64,000 nt of DNA from Methanocaldococcus sp. 28A. GTDB lineage: Archaea; AGJL01; Methanococci; Methanococcales; Methanocaldococcaceae. The DNA lies in the NCBI GenBank assembly GCA_049852185.1, contig CP187540.1, one strand, 5' to 3'. Under the pieces are notes generated by a model. The model was not told where the DNA came from and searched no databases. It was given only the letters and a program-made list of their open reading frames with translations. Of this stretch, positions 9,701 to 21,399 are shown in pieces. The first letter of the stretch is position 1. Each line of letters starts with the position of its first letter. A program made the position numbers and the translations under genes.

Positions 9701-9751
9701 TGTATTAACATGGCTTTTAAAGTTGTTCATTTTTATACTATTTATTATCAT
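6728..9751 (-). CDS. rad50: DNA double-strand break repair ATPase Rad50
   Basis: Walker A GENGSGKSS, coiled coils, CPLC zinc hook, LSGGE signature, LDEPT. Confidence 0.97.
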   Translation of the reverse strand: MIINSIKMNNFKSHVNTKIDFSEGIIAIIGENGSGKSSIFEAMFFALFGADALRRMGLSYDAVITKGKKAMTVELDFKVNGNIYKIIREYDGRGSAKLYKNGTLYARTVSEVNKAISDILGIDKDIFLNSIYIKQGEIAKLLNLQPSERMEVIGKLLGIDDLEKCYQKMREVISEYEKQLREIEGNLNQKKNYEKELKDKENELSEKEKELEIIKSKIDKLRDEFETAKKNFEDWKNKKSLYEKLITKLEERNKALELATNELENLKYDLNEVLKVKDILKAYKNEYEEYKSLIDGIRTIESRLNELKPYYEEYIRLSKRLEAIEEDVTNLKEIINKSKYKDKIDKLDEILENIKGNIEEIENIIELLGELENLNEKLDEIEKYKKVANEYKKYYEKYLELEKKIDEYSKLNLEYTKLLQKKKSLEDNIKNISYEIEKIKIELNNINIDEIKKSLEEIEKKKDELVQLQKQKEELKQKIGEINNEIKNISKVLKELKDVEGKCPLCKTPIDENKKQDLIDFHKTQLNNKYNELETLKRKIIEIENKTNKINNEIGKEKKLRELETKYYEKQKNLESLKLKLDELEKELKDVENQLFNYIINGKPVNELLEEAKSQLNEIKDKYNEYVSAIKYLNSVNEEKLKERIGYIRESVKGWNKEKCREELKKLREEEKEVSYLKDKIIELKKKENEFKEIENRMLSKLGMYKEYLSLNEKLENYKKRVYELEDIYKRCNSAEITLNNIKKRYRKEDIENYLNNKILEVNEKIKEIEERINYINQKLNEINYSDKKFIEIEREFEKKQNELKNAEIEFGKIESQIKYLKDDIENINKKLRELHELEKEKEKLIKFIDYLNKVRSVFSRDGFQKYLRKKYVPLIQKYLNEAFNEFDLPYSFVELTEDFEIKVHSPNGILTIDNLSGGEQIAVALSLRLAIANALIGSKIDCIILDEPTVYLDENRRAKLAEIFRKVKSIPQMIIITHHRELEDVADCIINITKESGISKVKVNES

Positions 9752-9766
9752 AAACATCCCCTAAAT

Positions 9767-10876
9767 TTAGAGTTTATTTGCATAAAAAAATTTTTTGTAA
9801 TAGTTATCTAATAGTTCTTTCCAATCTTCATTATTAACAAGAGACTTATACAAATTTAAAACCAAATCTCCATCAAGATTTTGTTTATTAGCATAATCCA
9901 ACAGAAGTTCTTTAATATTTATAGATTCAATATCAATATCACCTGAAATGTCAATTAGTTCATCATCCACAACTACAACTTTACTAATTAAGATTTTATC
10001 TTTTATTGACTCAAACCATGGTATAAATTCTTTTTTAATTTTTCCAAAAACAATTGGCTTATTTTTGCATTTATTTATCTTTTCTTTAGCATCATTAAGC
10101 GTTTTTTTGTCTTTAACATTCACTTCTACAAATTCTCTACACTCAATATTAATTTTGTCAATATCATTAATGTCCAAAGAATTTTTACTAAAATCAACTA
10201 AATAAAAACCTTTTCCATTCTTTTTGTAATCTTCATACTCATTTCTATAAATAATGTCTGTTGAACCACTATAAGCTAAAATACCATCATTAAATATCTC
10301 TAAAACTCTATTATGTATATGCCCAAACGCATAGTAAGAAAATTTTGGTAAATCAAAATGTTCTAATTCATAATCAAATGGAATATATGGATTAATTCCT
10401 TGATGAAGCATCAATATCTTCTTTTTATAATTGTTAGATTCAACTTCAAATTTTTTTAATTTCTTTACTAATTCTTCTCTTTTGCTCTTTGTGTGATAAT
10501 AAGTTCCACAAATAAATATCTCTTCTCCATTTACTTTTATAACATCACATCCATCTAAGATTTTAACATAGTCCTTTAATAAAGCTAATGGTGATTCTCT
10601 TCCAAATCTTTTAGGCATTTCATGGTTTCCTCCAATAATATAAACTTTTATATTTTTCTCGTGCAATTTTTTAAATGCCTGCATGGCTATTCTTAAAGCC
10701 TTTATTGGAGGTCTTAAATCATTAAATAAATCCCCACTATGCAAAACAAAATCTGGCTTTATTTCTAAAATCTCTTTTATACATGAAATAAATGATTTGT
10801 ATATGTCTTCCTCTCTTTCATCTAAATTATACTGCCTATAACCTAAGTGATTATCAGCTATATGGACAAACTGCAT
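9767..10876 (-). CDS. mre11: DNA double-strand break repair nuclease Mre11
   Basis: DNHLG, GDLF, GNHE, GHIH phosphoesterase motifs; adjacent to rad50. Confidence 0.97.
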   Translation of the reverse strand: MQFVHIADNHLGYRQYNLDEREEDIYKSFISCIKEILEIKPDFVLHSGDLFNDLRPPIKALRIAMQAFKKLHEKNIKVYIIGGNHEMPKRFGRESPLALLKDYVKILDGCDVIKVNGEEIFICGTYYHTKSKREELVKKLKKFEVESNNYKKKILMLHQGINPYIPFDYELEHFDLPKFSYYAFGHIHNRVLEIFNDGILAYSGSTDIIYRNEYEDYKKNGKGFYLVDFSKNSLDINDIDKINIECREFVEVNVKDKKTLNDAKEKINKCKNKPIVFGKIKKEFIPWFESIKDKILISKVVVVDDELIDISGDIDIESINIKELLLDYANKQNLDGDLVLNLYKSLVNNEDWKELLDNYYKKFFYANKL

Positions 10877-10904
10877 TTTTTCACCTAAATTTCACATTTG
10901 TATT

Positions 10905-11012
10905 TATAGTTGTGTGCAAAATAAAATAAACTTTTATAATGGCATTTTGAATGCCTTCTCTAAGGAAGACATTCACTAATAATTATTTAAGATAGTTTTG
11001 CACACAACTATA
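10905..11012. repeat. Palindromic MITE-like repeat, family B
   Basis: Perfect 17-bp TIR TATAGTTGTGTGCAAAA / TTTTGCACACAACTATA; internal hairpin GAATGCCTTC...GAAGACATTC. Confidence 0.85.
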
Positions 11013-11106
11013 GAAAGAATAGTAACTTAAAAATATTAACAAATATATAAAATATTATATGATAGTGAATATATTCCATAAATAAATTTTTTACGTGGTA
11101 GAGAAT

Positions 11107-11823
11107 ATGAGAGTTATAGGTGTTATAGGCTATAAGGATTCTGGTAAAACTACACTAATTGAAGAAATTTTAAAACATTCTGATAAAAAAATAGCTGTTA
11201 TTAAACATTCAGGAAAAGATGTAGAAGTAGATAGTGAAAAAACTGACACTTACAGACTATCAAATGCAGGGGCTAAAGTAACTGTTTTATCAACTGACAG
11301 CAAAACAGTATTCTTTACTGGTAGAAGGGATTTAGAAAATATTTTGGCAGAGTTATCTAATTATGATATAGATTTTGTTATCATAGAAGGTTTTAAAGAA
11401 GCTTTAAAGAGATTAAATATTCCTAAGATAGTTATGCTTAAAGATAAAGAGGGTAGTGAGCTAATTGATGAACATACAGCAATGGTAATTGAAGATTACA
11501 ACTACAACATTGATGATGTTCTAAAGATTATTTATGAAAAAGCTACAATCCCAACAATGAATTTAAACTGCAAACATTGTGGATACAATTGTAAAACATT
11601 TGTTAAGGCAGTTGTTAAAGGAGAGGCTAAGTGGGATGATTGTGTATTAGCAAAAGGTATAAAAATAATTGTTGATGGTAAAATAATCCCAGCTGTTCCT
11701 TTTGTATCTAAGATTGTTGGTAACACAATTAAAGCAATGGTTGGGTCATTAAAGGGTGTTGATAATCCAAAGAATATTAAGATTGAGATTGACATTTCTA
11801 AGATAGGACTTTCGGAGGAATAA
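11107..11823 (+). CDS. mobB: Molybdopterin-guanine dinucleotide biosynthesis protein B with Fe-S domain
   Basis: GYKDSGKTT P-loop, VIKH, IEGFK; C-terminal NCKHCGYNC. Confidence 0.88.
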   Translation: MRVIGVIGYKDSGKTTLIEEILKHSDKKIAVIKHSGKDVEVDSEKTDTYRLSNAGAKVTVLSTDSKTVFFTGRRDLENILAELSNYDIDFVIIEGFKEALKRLNIPKIVMLKDKEGSELIDEHTAMVIEDYNYNIDDVLKIIYEKATIPTMNLNCKHCGYNCKTFVKAVVKGEAKWDDCVLAKGIKIIVDGKIIPAVPFVSKIVGNTIKAMVGSLKGVDNPKNIKIEIDISKIGLSEE

Positions 11824-11884
11824 ATAATTTATTGAACATGGACACCTTAAACTCCAAACTAATACATAAAGTGCGAAAGTCTTA
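11804..11884. repeat. Family A repeat overlapping the mobB 3' end
   Basis: TAGGACTTTCG ... GTGCGAAAGTCTTA. Confidence 0.75.
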
Positions 11885-12029
11885 CCAAAACCAAAATATT
11901 TAAATAATAGTAGTGTATTATAGTAAAGTTGGCTACAATTTAAACATCAATATGAAGGAATATAAATTCCGATACAGATATAAATATTTTTATAAATATA
12001 GATGTAATAAAAATTAAGTGAGGGATAGT

Positions 12030-12299
12030 ATGGAAAAATATGAAAAAGCGGCGGAAATATTTAAGGCATTTGGAGACCCAACAAGATTAATGATTTTAAA
12101 GCTATTAGCTGAGAATGGAAGCATGTGTGTTTGTAAGATAATAGATGAATTAAAAAAGCCACAACCAACAATCTCACACCATTTGAACATTTTAAAGAAA
12201 GCTGGAATTGTTAAAGCAAGAAAAGAAGGAACATGGAACTTTTACTACATAGTTGATGATAGAGTTAAGGAAATTATTAAATTAGTTGATGAATTATAA
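12030..12299 (+). CDS. ArsR/SmtB family transcriptional regulator
   Basis: FKAFGDPTRL...CVC...QPTISHHL HTH. Confidence 0.9.
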   Translation: MEKYEKAAEIFKAFGDPTRLMILKLLAENGSMCVCKIIDELKKPQPTISHHLNILKKAGIVKARKEGTWNFYYIVDDRVKEIIKLVDEL

Positions 12300-12377
12300 T
12301 AAGACTTTCGTTATTGAACATGGAACACTTTAAAGATATCTAAATTCCAAATTAGTATATAAAGTGCGAAAGTTCTA
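12300..12377. repeat. Family A repeat
   Basis: TAAGACTTTCG ... GTGCGAAAGTTCTA; interior similar to the 11804 copy. Confidence 0.75.
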
Positions 12378-12581
12378 TTACAAATTTCTCTTTTAAAATT
12401 TAAATTGTAAGTGTTTTATTTTTTCTTTTTTAACTTTAAAAAATATTTATATCTTTTTTAGATTAATATTATAAGCTCTTAGAAGCTTATATTGTAATTC
12501 TAATTAATGATATCAATCGCAATAATATTTAAATTTTATTTTAAATTTATAATTAATTATTTTCATAACTAAGGTGGAATT

Positions 12582-13685
12582 ATGGGAATTGAAGAGGAAA
12601 TTAGAAGAATAGAAGAGGAGTTAAAAAAAACACCCTACAACAAAGCTACACAGAAACACATTGGTAGGTTGAAAGCTAAGTTGGCTAAATTGAGAGAGCA
12701 AGCACAAAGTAGAGGGGGAGGTGGAGGAGGTAAGGGATATGCGGTAAAGAAGAGTGGAGATGCTACTGCAGCTTTCGTAGGATTTCCATCTGTTGGAAAA
12801 TCAACTCTGCTAAATAAATTAACAAATGCTAAATCAGAAGTCGGAGCTTATGCATTCACAACACTAACAATTGTTCCAGGAGTTTTAGAACATAAAGGTG
12901 CTAAAATTCAGCTTTTAGATGCTCCGGGCATTATTGTTGGGGCCTCATCAGGAAAAGGTAGAGGGACTGAGGTTTTATCTGCAGTAAGAAGTGCTGATTT
13001 AATTCTATTGACGGTTGATATTTATACCTTAGAACATCTTCCAGTTATTGAAAAAGAACTTTACAATGTAGGAATTAGATTAGACCAAAGACCTCCAGAT
13101 GTTAAAATTAAAGTTAAAGATAGAGGAGGGATTAATGTTAGCTCAACAGTTCCATTAACCCATATAGATGAAGATACAATTGAAGCTATCTTAAATGAAT
13201 ATAGAATACACAACGCAGATGTTGTTATAAGGGAGGATATTACATTAGAACAATTTATTGATGTTGTAGCAGGGAATAGAGTTTATATCCCCTCTTTAGT
13301 AGTTGTAAATAAGATAGACTTAGCTGATGAAGAATATCTAAAGTATATAAAACAAAAATTAGAAGAGTTTGGTAAAGAGTATGTTTTAGTTTCTGGAAAT
13401 AAAAATATTAATTTAGATTTATTGAAAGATAAAATCTATGAAAAATTAGGATTTATAAAGATTTATTTAAAACCACAAGGAAAAAAACCAGATTTCGATG
13501 AGCCACTAATTATGAGAAGGGGAGCTACTGTAAAGGATGTTTGTGAGAAGTTACATAAAGACTTTGTTAGGAATTTTAGATATGCTCAAGTTTGGGGCAA
13601 GTCTGCAAAACATCCTGGGCAGAGAGTTGGATTAGACCATAAATTAGAGGACGAAGATATTTTAACAATTGTCATAAAGAGATAA
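12582..13685 (+). CDS. DRG/Obg-family GTP-binding protein with TGS domain
   Basis: GFPSVGKST, AYAFTTL, DAPG, NKID; C-terminal TGS. Confidence 0.93.
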   Translation: MGIEEEIRRIEEELKKTPYNKATQKHIGRLKAKLAKLREQAQSRGGGGGGKGYAVKKSGDATAAFVGFPSVGKSTLLNKLTNAKSEVGAYAFTTLTIVPGVLEHKGAKIQLLDAPGIIVGASSGKGRGTEVLSAVRSADLILLTVDIYTLEHLPVIEKELYNVGIRLDQRPPDVKIKVKDRGGINVSSTVPLTHIDEDTIEAILNEYRIHNADVVIREDITLEQFIDVVAGNRVYIPSLVVVNKIDLADEEYLKYIKQKLEEFGKEYVLVSGNKNINLDLLKDKIYEKLGFIKIYLKPQGKKPDFDEPLIMRRGATVKDVCEKLHKDFVRNFRYAQVWGKSAKHPGQRVGLDHKLEDEDILTIVIKR

Positions 13686-13748
13686 GATTAAGAAATAAAA
13701 TTAAAAAAAATAGATAAAATTTAATAATAGTATAATAGAGATGAAATT

Positions 13749-14633
13749 ATGGAGATTGAAGGCTATGAAAAAATTATAGAGGCTGGAAAAATAGCTTCCA
13801 AGGTTAGAGAAGAGGCAATAAAATTAATAAAACCAGGAGTTAAGTTATTAGAAGTTGCTGAATTTGTTGAAAATAGAATTAGAGAGTTAGGAGGAGAGCC
13901 AGCTTTTCCCTGCAACATATCAATTAATGAGATAGCTGCCCATTATACACCAAAATTGAATGATAACTTAGAGTTTAAAGAGGAAGATGTAGTTAAATTG
14001 GATTTAGGTGTTCATGTAGATGGATATATTGCAGATACAGCAATAACAGTAGATTTATCAAACTCTTATAAAGATTTGGTAAAAGCTTCTGAAGATGCAT
14101 TAAACACAGTTATTAAAGAGATAAATCCACCAATGAACATTGGAGAGATGGGAAGAATTATTCAAGAGGTTATTGAAAGTTATGGCTATAAACCAATTTC
14201 CAATCTCTCTGGACATGTAATGTATAGATATGAGTTGCATACAGGAATAAGCATACCAAACGTTTATGAAAGAACAAATCAATATATTGAGGTTGGAGAT
14301 TTAGTAGCTATAGAACCATTTGCAACAGATGGATTTGGTATGGTTAAAGATGGAAATCTTGGGAATATTTATAAGTTCTTAGCTAAGAGACCAATTAGAT
14401 TGCCACAAGCTCGAAAGCTTTTAGATGTTATATCAAAAAACTATGCCTATTTACCATTTGCTGAGAGATGGGTTTTAAAAAGTGAGAGTGATAGGTTAGC
14501 TTTAAACTCTTTAATGAGAGCATCTTGCATATATGGGTATCCAATATTGAAAGAAAGAGAAAATGGTATAGTTAGCCAAGCTGAGCACACAATATTAATA
14601 ACTGAAAACGGCATTGAGATAACAACAAAATAA
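13749..14633 (+). CDS. map: Type II methionine aminopeptidase
   Basis: AAHYTP, DLGVHVDGYIAD, EPF, QAEHT. Confidence 0.95.
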   Translation: MEIEGYEKIIEAGKIASKVREEAIKLIKPGVKLLEVAEFVENRIRELGGEPAFPCNISINEIAAHYTPKLNDNLEFKEEDVVKLDLGVHVDGYIADTAITVDLSNSYKDLVKASEDALNTVIKEINPPMNIGEMGRIIQEVIESYGYKPISNLSGHVMYRYELHTGISIPNVYERTNQYIEVGDLVAIEPFATDGFGMVKDGNLGNIYKFLAKRPIRLPQARKLLDVISKNYAYLPFAERWVLKSESDRLALNSLMRASCIYGYPILKERENGIVSQAEHTILITENGIEITTK

Positions 14634-14648
14634 ATTTTGGTGAACAAA

Positions 14649-15215
14649 ATGATTGTTATCTTAGACAATGGAGGGCAGTATGTTCATAGAATACACAGAA
14701 GTTTGAAATATATTGGAGTTAGCTCAAAGATTATTCCAAATACAACACCATTAGAAGAAATTGAAAGTTATGAAGAAGTTAAAGGAATAATACTAAGTGG
14801 AGGTCCAGATATAGAAAAAGCAAAGAGCTGTATAGATGTTGCTTTAAATGCAAAACTTCCTATTTTAGGGATTTGTTTAGGGCATCAGTTAATTGCATTA
14901 GCATATGGTGGAGAAGTTGGAAGGGCTGAAGCTGAAGAATATGCATTAACAAAAGTTTATGTTGATAAGGAAAATGATTTGTTCAAAAATGTTCCAAAGG
15001 AGTTTAATGCATGGGCTTCACATAAGGATGAAGTTAAAAAAATCCCAGAAGGTTTTGAAATTTTAGCTCATTCAGATATATGTAATGTTGAGGCAATGAA
15101 GCATAAAACAAAACCAATTTATGGTGTTCAATTCCATCCTGAAGTGGCACATACAGAATACGGAAGTGAAATTTTGAAAAACTTTTGTAAGGTTTGCGGT
15201 TATAATTTTGAATAA
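14649..15215 (+). CDS. guaAA: GMP synthase glutamine amidotransferase subunit A
   Basis: [20 protein letters not shown]. Confidence 0.93.
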   Translation: MIVILDNGGQYVHRIHRSLKYIGVSSKIIPNTTPLEEIESYEEVKGIILSGGPDIEKAKSCIDVALNAKLPILGICLGHQLIALAYGGEVGRAEAEEYALTKVYVDKENDLFKNVPKEFNAWASHKDEVKKIPEGFEILAHSDICNVEAMKHKTKPIYGVQFHPEVAHTEYGSEILKNFCKVCGYNFE

Positions 15216-15282
15216 TAACAAAATTTATATATGCTGATAACAACATATATCTAAATAATTCAAATCTTTTTTGGTGGGATTA

Positions 15283-15849
15283 ATGCCATTATTACTAATT
15301 GTTGTTGGTTTAATCATTACATTGATTGTTTTAGGTATTGTAATTTATATTATCTCAATATACAACAGATTCCAGACGTTAAAAAATGGGGCTGAAGCAA
15401 CATTAGGACAGATAAGAGTAGCTTTAAAAAAGAGATTGGATATGATTAATCAGCTTGTTGAAGCCGTAAAAAGTTACGCAAGTTTTGAAAAAGAGACATT
15501 AACAAAAATAACTGAGCTAAGAAGTAGTGTTTTAAAGGCAAACACAACAGAAGAAATTCAAAATATTGAGAGAAAATCAAGAAATATTTTGGGAAATATT
15601 TTAGTTGCTGTTGAAAACTATCCAGAGTTAAAAACATCTGAGACAGTTAAAGAACTAATGAAAGCTATAAGAGAGATAGAGGACGAGATTGCAAGACATA
15701 GGTACACATACAACAATATAGTTCAGGAATTTAACACAAAAATTGATGTTTTTCCTTCAAATATTGTAGCAAATATATTTGGATTTAAAAAGATGGATTA
15801 CTTACAATTTGAAGAAGAAATCTATGAAAGACCTAAAATTAACTTTTAA
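15283..15849 (+). CDS. lemA: LemA family membrane protein
   Basis: N-terminal TM helix, ENYPELK, RYTYN...FPSNIVA. Confidence 0.9.
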   Translation: MPLLLIVVGLIITLIVLGIVIYIISIYNRFQTLKNGAEATLGQIRVALKKRLDMINQLVEAVKSYASFEKETLTKITELRSSVLKANTTEEIQNIERKSRNILGNILVAVENYPELKTSETVKELMKAIREIEDEIARHRYTYNNIVQEFNTKIDVFPSNIVANIFGFKKMDYLQFEEEIYERPKINF

Positions 15850-15859
15850 ATTTTTTAAT

Positions 15860-15954
15860 TTAGGACTTTCACAGTTTATAATATTTTTTAAGGAATTAAG
15901 ATGCCTTTAAGCATCAAAAGTTCATTGTTATATTTATTCCTGCGAAAGTCCTAA
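15860..15954. repeat. Family A repeat (opposite orientation)
   Basis: TTAGGACTTTCACAG ... CTGCGAAAGTCCTAA; internal GATGC...GCATC hairpin. Confidence 0.8.
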
Positions 15955-15971
15955 GATTTTGAGGGATTTTT

Positions 15972-17807
15972 ATGAAAGAAGAAAAGAAAATAATTATTTT
16001 TTGCAGTGTTGTTTTTATTGTTGGGGTTTTAGGAGTATTTTTTGTTAATTCAAATATAATGGAACTTTCTAATATTTATGTTAAGAATTATGAAGCAAAT
16101 TTATATATTGGCAAAAATTTAACCTTAGAAGAAAAATATACTTATGTAATTTTGGTAGATGGTAGATATAGAATGCTATATAGAGATTGGAAAGTTCCAT
16201 TAACTTACAATGAGAGCTTAGAAATTCCTTATATAAGAGTTTTAAATCTTTCAGCATCGTCAAAAAATATGGTTGGATATGTTGTGGATTATAAAGGAGA
16301 TATTTTTGTTTTTGGAAATGTTGATAGGTGGATAATATCTAACCTATATAACCTTGTATATGAATATTATATTAGAAATGAAGTTGGATTTTATAATCCC
16401 CATTATTATAATGCTGGAATTTATACAACAAACTACAAATTTTACATATATCCTCCAATTGAAACTGATAATAAAGTTTATCATATAAATTTACTACTCG
16501 CAGATGAGCATTTACCGTATAAAACTGTCAAAATAAATATAATTGATAAAAATAACAGCATATTAAATTTATTTGTTTATCCATCAACATATAAAGTTTA
16601 TAAAACAAGTTTTGGGTATACAATTGAGGGTAGTAGCCCAAAAGATGAACCGATTGAAATAGAAATGCTATTAAAACCAAATTCTGTTAATGGATTCTTA
16701 AATTATATGGACAAAGTTGAAGAGAAAACATTATCAGCCTATAACAAATACATTTTAATAAATAACATTATAATGGCTGTAAAATACCTTTTAATAGTTG
16801 TAATATTAACCTTTCCTTTAATTGCTTACTTTATATATCTAAGATATGGAAAAGAGAAATCTTATGTAGTTCCTGAATATTTAAGCTATGTTCCAAACAA
16901 AAATAGAAAGCCATGGGTTGTTAATCTTATATTTAATGGTGAGGTGGGAAATTTTGATAAAAATGGATTTTATGCTACATTATTAGATTTACATAATAGA
17001 GGCTACATAAAGATAATTAGGGATAACGGAAATATAAAAATAAAAATTTTAAAGAAAGCTGAAGAATTAAATGATTTAGATTTATATGAGAAAGAAGTGA
17101 TGGACTTTTTAATTAGATATTCTAAAAATGATGAGTTCAATCCAAAAGACATTGAAAACTCTATTAAAAATATAGGAGATGAATATAAAATTAAAAGGTT
17201 GTGGAATGAGATTAATAGCGTTATGAAATATCCTCCATTTTCATCAACATTAACAAAGATGTTCTTAGAAACAAAAGGTAGAGATATATTATGGATATCT
17301 TTGGCTGTCTCTATAGGATTGGCGTTAATTTTATTTGGAATCTCAATGAATTACTCTAAATACTACCCAACACTTAAAGATATTCCATATCTCTCAATTA
17401 TCTTAGTTATACAGAACATAATATTGATATTAACTCCAAAATCTCTATTTGGAAGATGGAAAAACGGCTACTATAAAGAAAAACTTGAATGGGATGCATT
17501 TAAAAAATTTCTATCTGACCTTGCAATGATTAAAAAATATTCTCCAGAAGATATTTCAATTTGGAGAGATTGGTTAATATATGGAACTGCTTTAGGAGTA
17601 GGAGATAAAGTTGTAGAGGCGATGAAATCATTAAATATAAATATTCCTGAAGCAGATATAGCTCCAGCAGTTTATATTGCATATGGTTCAATGTATTCTT
17701 CCATAAATAATGCTTATAGCTCTACTGTCGCAAGTTCTTCTTCAAGTTCTATTGGTGGCTTTGGAGCTGGAGGAGGATTTGGTGGTGGTGGGGGAGGAGC
17801 AAGATAA
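15972..17807 (+). CDS. DUF2207 family membrane protein
   Basis: TM segments, [16 protein letters not shown], Ser/Gly-rich tail; typical LemA neighbour. Confidence 0.85.
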   Translation: MKEEKKIIIFCSVVFIVGVLGVFFVNSNIMELSNIYVKNYEANLYIGKNLTLEEKYTYVILVDGRYRMLYRDWKVPLTYNESLEIPYIRVLNLSASSKNMVGYVVDYKGDIFVFGNVDRWIISNLYNLVYEYYIRNEVGFYNPHYYNAGIYTTNYKFYIYPPIETDNKVYHINLLLADEHLPYKTVKINIIDKNNSILNLFVYPSTYKVYKTSFGYTIEGSSPKDEPIEIEMLLKPNSVNGFLNYMDKVEEKTLSAYNKYILINNIIMAVKYLLIVVILTFPLIAYFIYLRYGKEKSYVVPEYLSYVPNKNRKPWVVNLIFNGEVGNFDKNGFYATLLDLHNRGYIKIIRDNGNIKIKILKKAEELNDLDLYEKEVMDFLIRYSKNDEFNPKDIENSIKNIGDEYKIKRLWNEINSVMKYPPFSSTLTKMFLETKGRDILWISLAVSIGLALILFGISMNYSKYYPTLKDIPYLSIILVIQNIILILTPKSLFGRWKNGYYKEKLEWDAFKKFLSDLAMIKKYSPEDISIWRDWLIYGTALGVGDKVVEAMKSLNINIPEADIAPAVYIAYGSMYSSINNAYSSTVASSSSSSIGGFGAGGGFGGGGGGAR

Positions 17808-17820
17808 ATTGAGGGAAATT

Positions 17821-18585
17821 ATGGAAAAAAAGGTTATAATAGTTGGAGCAGGTCCAGGAGACCCAGAGTTGATAACAATCAAAGGTAAAAAAGCTATAGA
17901 AGAGGCAGATGTTATTATTTATGCTGGCTCGTTAGTTAATGAAAAGATTTTAGAATATAACAAAAAAAATGCTGAAATTTACAATAGTGCAAATATGGAT
18001 TTAGAGGAAATTGTTAATGTAATGGTTAAAGCAGTTGAACAAGGAAAAAAAGTTGTTAGATTGCACACAGGAGACCCATCTATTTATGGAGCTATAAAGG
18101 AGCAGATTGATGAATTAGCAAAATATGGAATAGACGTTGAAATAATTCCAGGAGTTAGTTCTTTATTTGCAGCAACTGCATCATTGAAGGTTGAACTAAC
18201 TCTTCCAGAAGTCTCTCAGACAGTTATTATTACAAGACCTGAAGGAAGAACCCCAATGCCAGAAAAAGAAAAGCTTAGAGATTTGGCTAAGCACCAATCA
18301 ACAATGGCTATTTTTTTAGGAGTTTCAATGATTGATAAAGTTGTTAAAGAACTAATTGAAGGAGGTTATAAAGAAGAAACTCCAGTAGCTGTAGTATATC
18401 ACGCATCATGGGATGATGAGAAAATAGTTAAAGGAACTTTAAAGGATATAGCTGAAAAGGTTAAAAAAGAGGGGATTAAAAAAACCGCCTTAATAATTGT
18501 TGGAGAAGTTTTAAATCCAAAGCATTATGCATATTCAAAACTTTATGATAAAGAATTCGAACATGGATACAGAAAGAAAAAATAA
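17821..18585 (+). CDS. cbiF: Cobalt-precorrin-4 C11-methyltransferase
   Basis: GAGPGDPELIT, YAGSLV, RLHTGDPSIYGA; likely start ATG 17821. Confidence 0.93.
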   Translation: MEKKVIIVGAGPGDPELITIKGKKAIEEADVIIYAGSLVNEKILEYNKKNAEIYNSANMDLEEIVNVMVKAVEQGKKVVRLHTGDPSIYGAIKEQIDELAKYGIDVEIIPGVSSLFAATASLKVELTLPEVSQTVIITRPEGRTPMPEKEKLRDLAKHQSTMAIFLGVSMIDKVVKELIEGGYKEETPVAVVYHASWDDEKIVKGTLKDIAEKVKKEGIKKTALIIVGEVLNPKHYAYSKLYDKEFEHGYRKKK

Positions 18586-18732
18586 TTTTGATGAAACTTT
18601 TTCTAAAAGCATAGAGGGAAACCACGTCCATTATGTTACCCTAAAAGAGGCAATTAATGTCCATAATTGTGAGGCATTGCTTTCTTTAGGAAGCAATGTA
18701 TCCGTTTTGATGAAACTTTTTTTAAAAGTTTC
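18586..18732. repeat. Direct-repeat-bounded palindromic intergenic element
   Basis: 24-bp direct repeat TTTTGATGAAACTTTTT(C/T)TAAAAG at 18586 and 18705; internal CATTGCTT..AAGCAATG hairpin. Confidence 0.7.
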
Positions 18733-18751
18733 CTATAGAAAGGAAAAACAA

Positions 18752-18964
18752 TTACTTATTTTTTCTCTCTTCTATTTTTTCAAGCAATATTTTTAAATCA
18801 GTTTTTTTAGTTATATCAGTTTCTGTTTCTAAGAGCTCTTTAACTTTTTGTTCAAGCTCTTCTAAGCTTTCAGCACTTTCTAAAAGCTCTTTAATAAACT
18901 CCATATTTGCCATATAAGGCAAAGCTTCAAGCATTAACAATTTAATCTCTTCTCTTTGGCTCAT
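18752..18964 (-). CDS. Small hypothetical protein
   Basis: 70-aa acidic helical ORF coupled to the upstream gene. Confidence 0.7.
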   Translation of the reverse strand: MSQREEIKLLMLEALPYMANMEFIKELLESAESLEELEQKVKELLETETDITKKTDLKILLEKIEERKNK

Positions 18965-19286
18965 ATCTATCCCTTATAGCAATTTCTCTAACTATATATG
19001 TTATCTGTCTCTCTAAATTATCTATTTTAGCATACAACCTATAAATTAGGTAAAATAGAACTACAATTGATATATACATGAGAGCATCTACTCCTCTTCC
19101 AACTCCTAAAATATCAGCCACATACCCAAAAAATTCTGGAAATATTAAGAATACTATAACAGAACTCCAAACAAAAATCCAGAATAACCCTTCAGTTATC
19201 CTCATACTTCTCTTTTTTAACTGCAATATAACCCTTGACAATGCAAATAATGCAAATGCAACTCCTACTATCTGAATCAGTCCCAT
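18942..19286 (-). CDS. DUF2304 family membrane protein
   Basis: Three TM helices, LGVGRGVD, ITYIVREIAI. Confidence 0.85.
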   Translation of the reverse strand: MGLIQIVGVAFALFALSRVILQLKKRSMRITEGLFWIFVWSSVIVFLIFPEFFGYVADILGVGRGVDALMYISIVVLFYLIYRLYAKIDNLERQITYIVREIAIRDRYEPKRRD

Positions 19287-19358
19287 AATCTTTCCTCCAA
19301 AATTTTTATAAACTTCTTACTTTAATTAATCTTTTACTAAGGTCATATATATTTTTAG

Positions 19359-21355
<1,997 letters not shown>

Positions 21356-21399
21356 TTTATCCCCCATTAAAATTATTTAATTTTTATTTAGGTGGTTCT

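Noticed and set aside
18586-18728. Possible mini-CRISPR (two 24-bp direct repeats)
   Set aside because: Only two units, 95-bp palindromic spacer, no leader or cas genes, not a Methanocaldococcus-type repeat
18527-18796. 89-aa plus-strand ORF across the cbiF 3' end
   Set aside because: Runs through a repeat element, overlaps genes on both sides and has no recognisable motif
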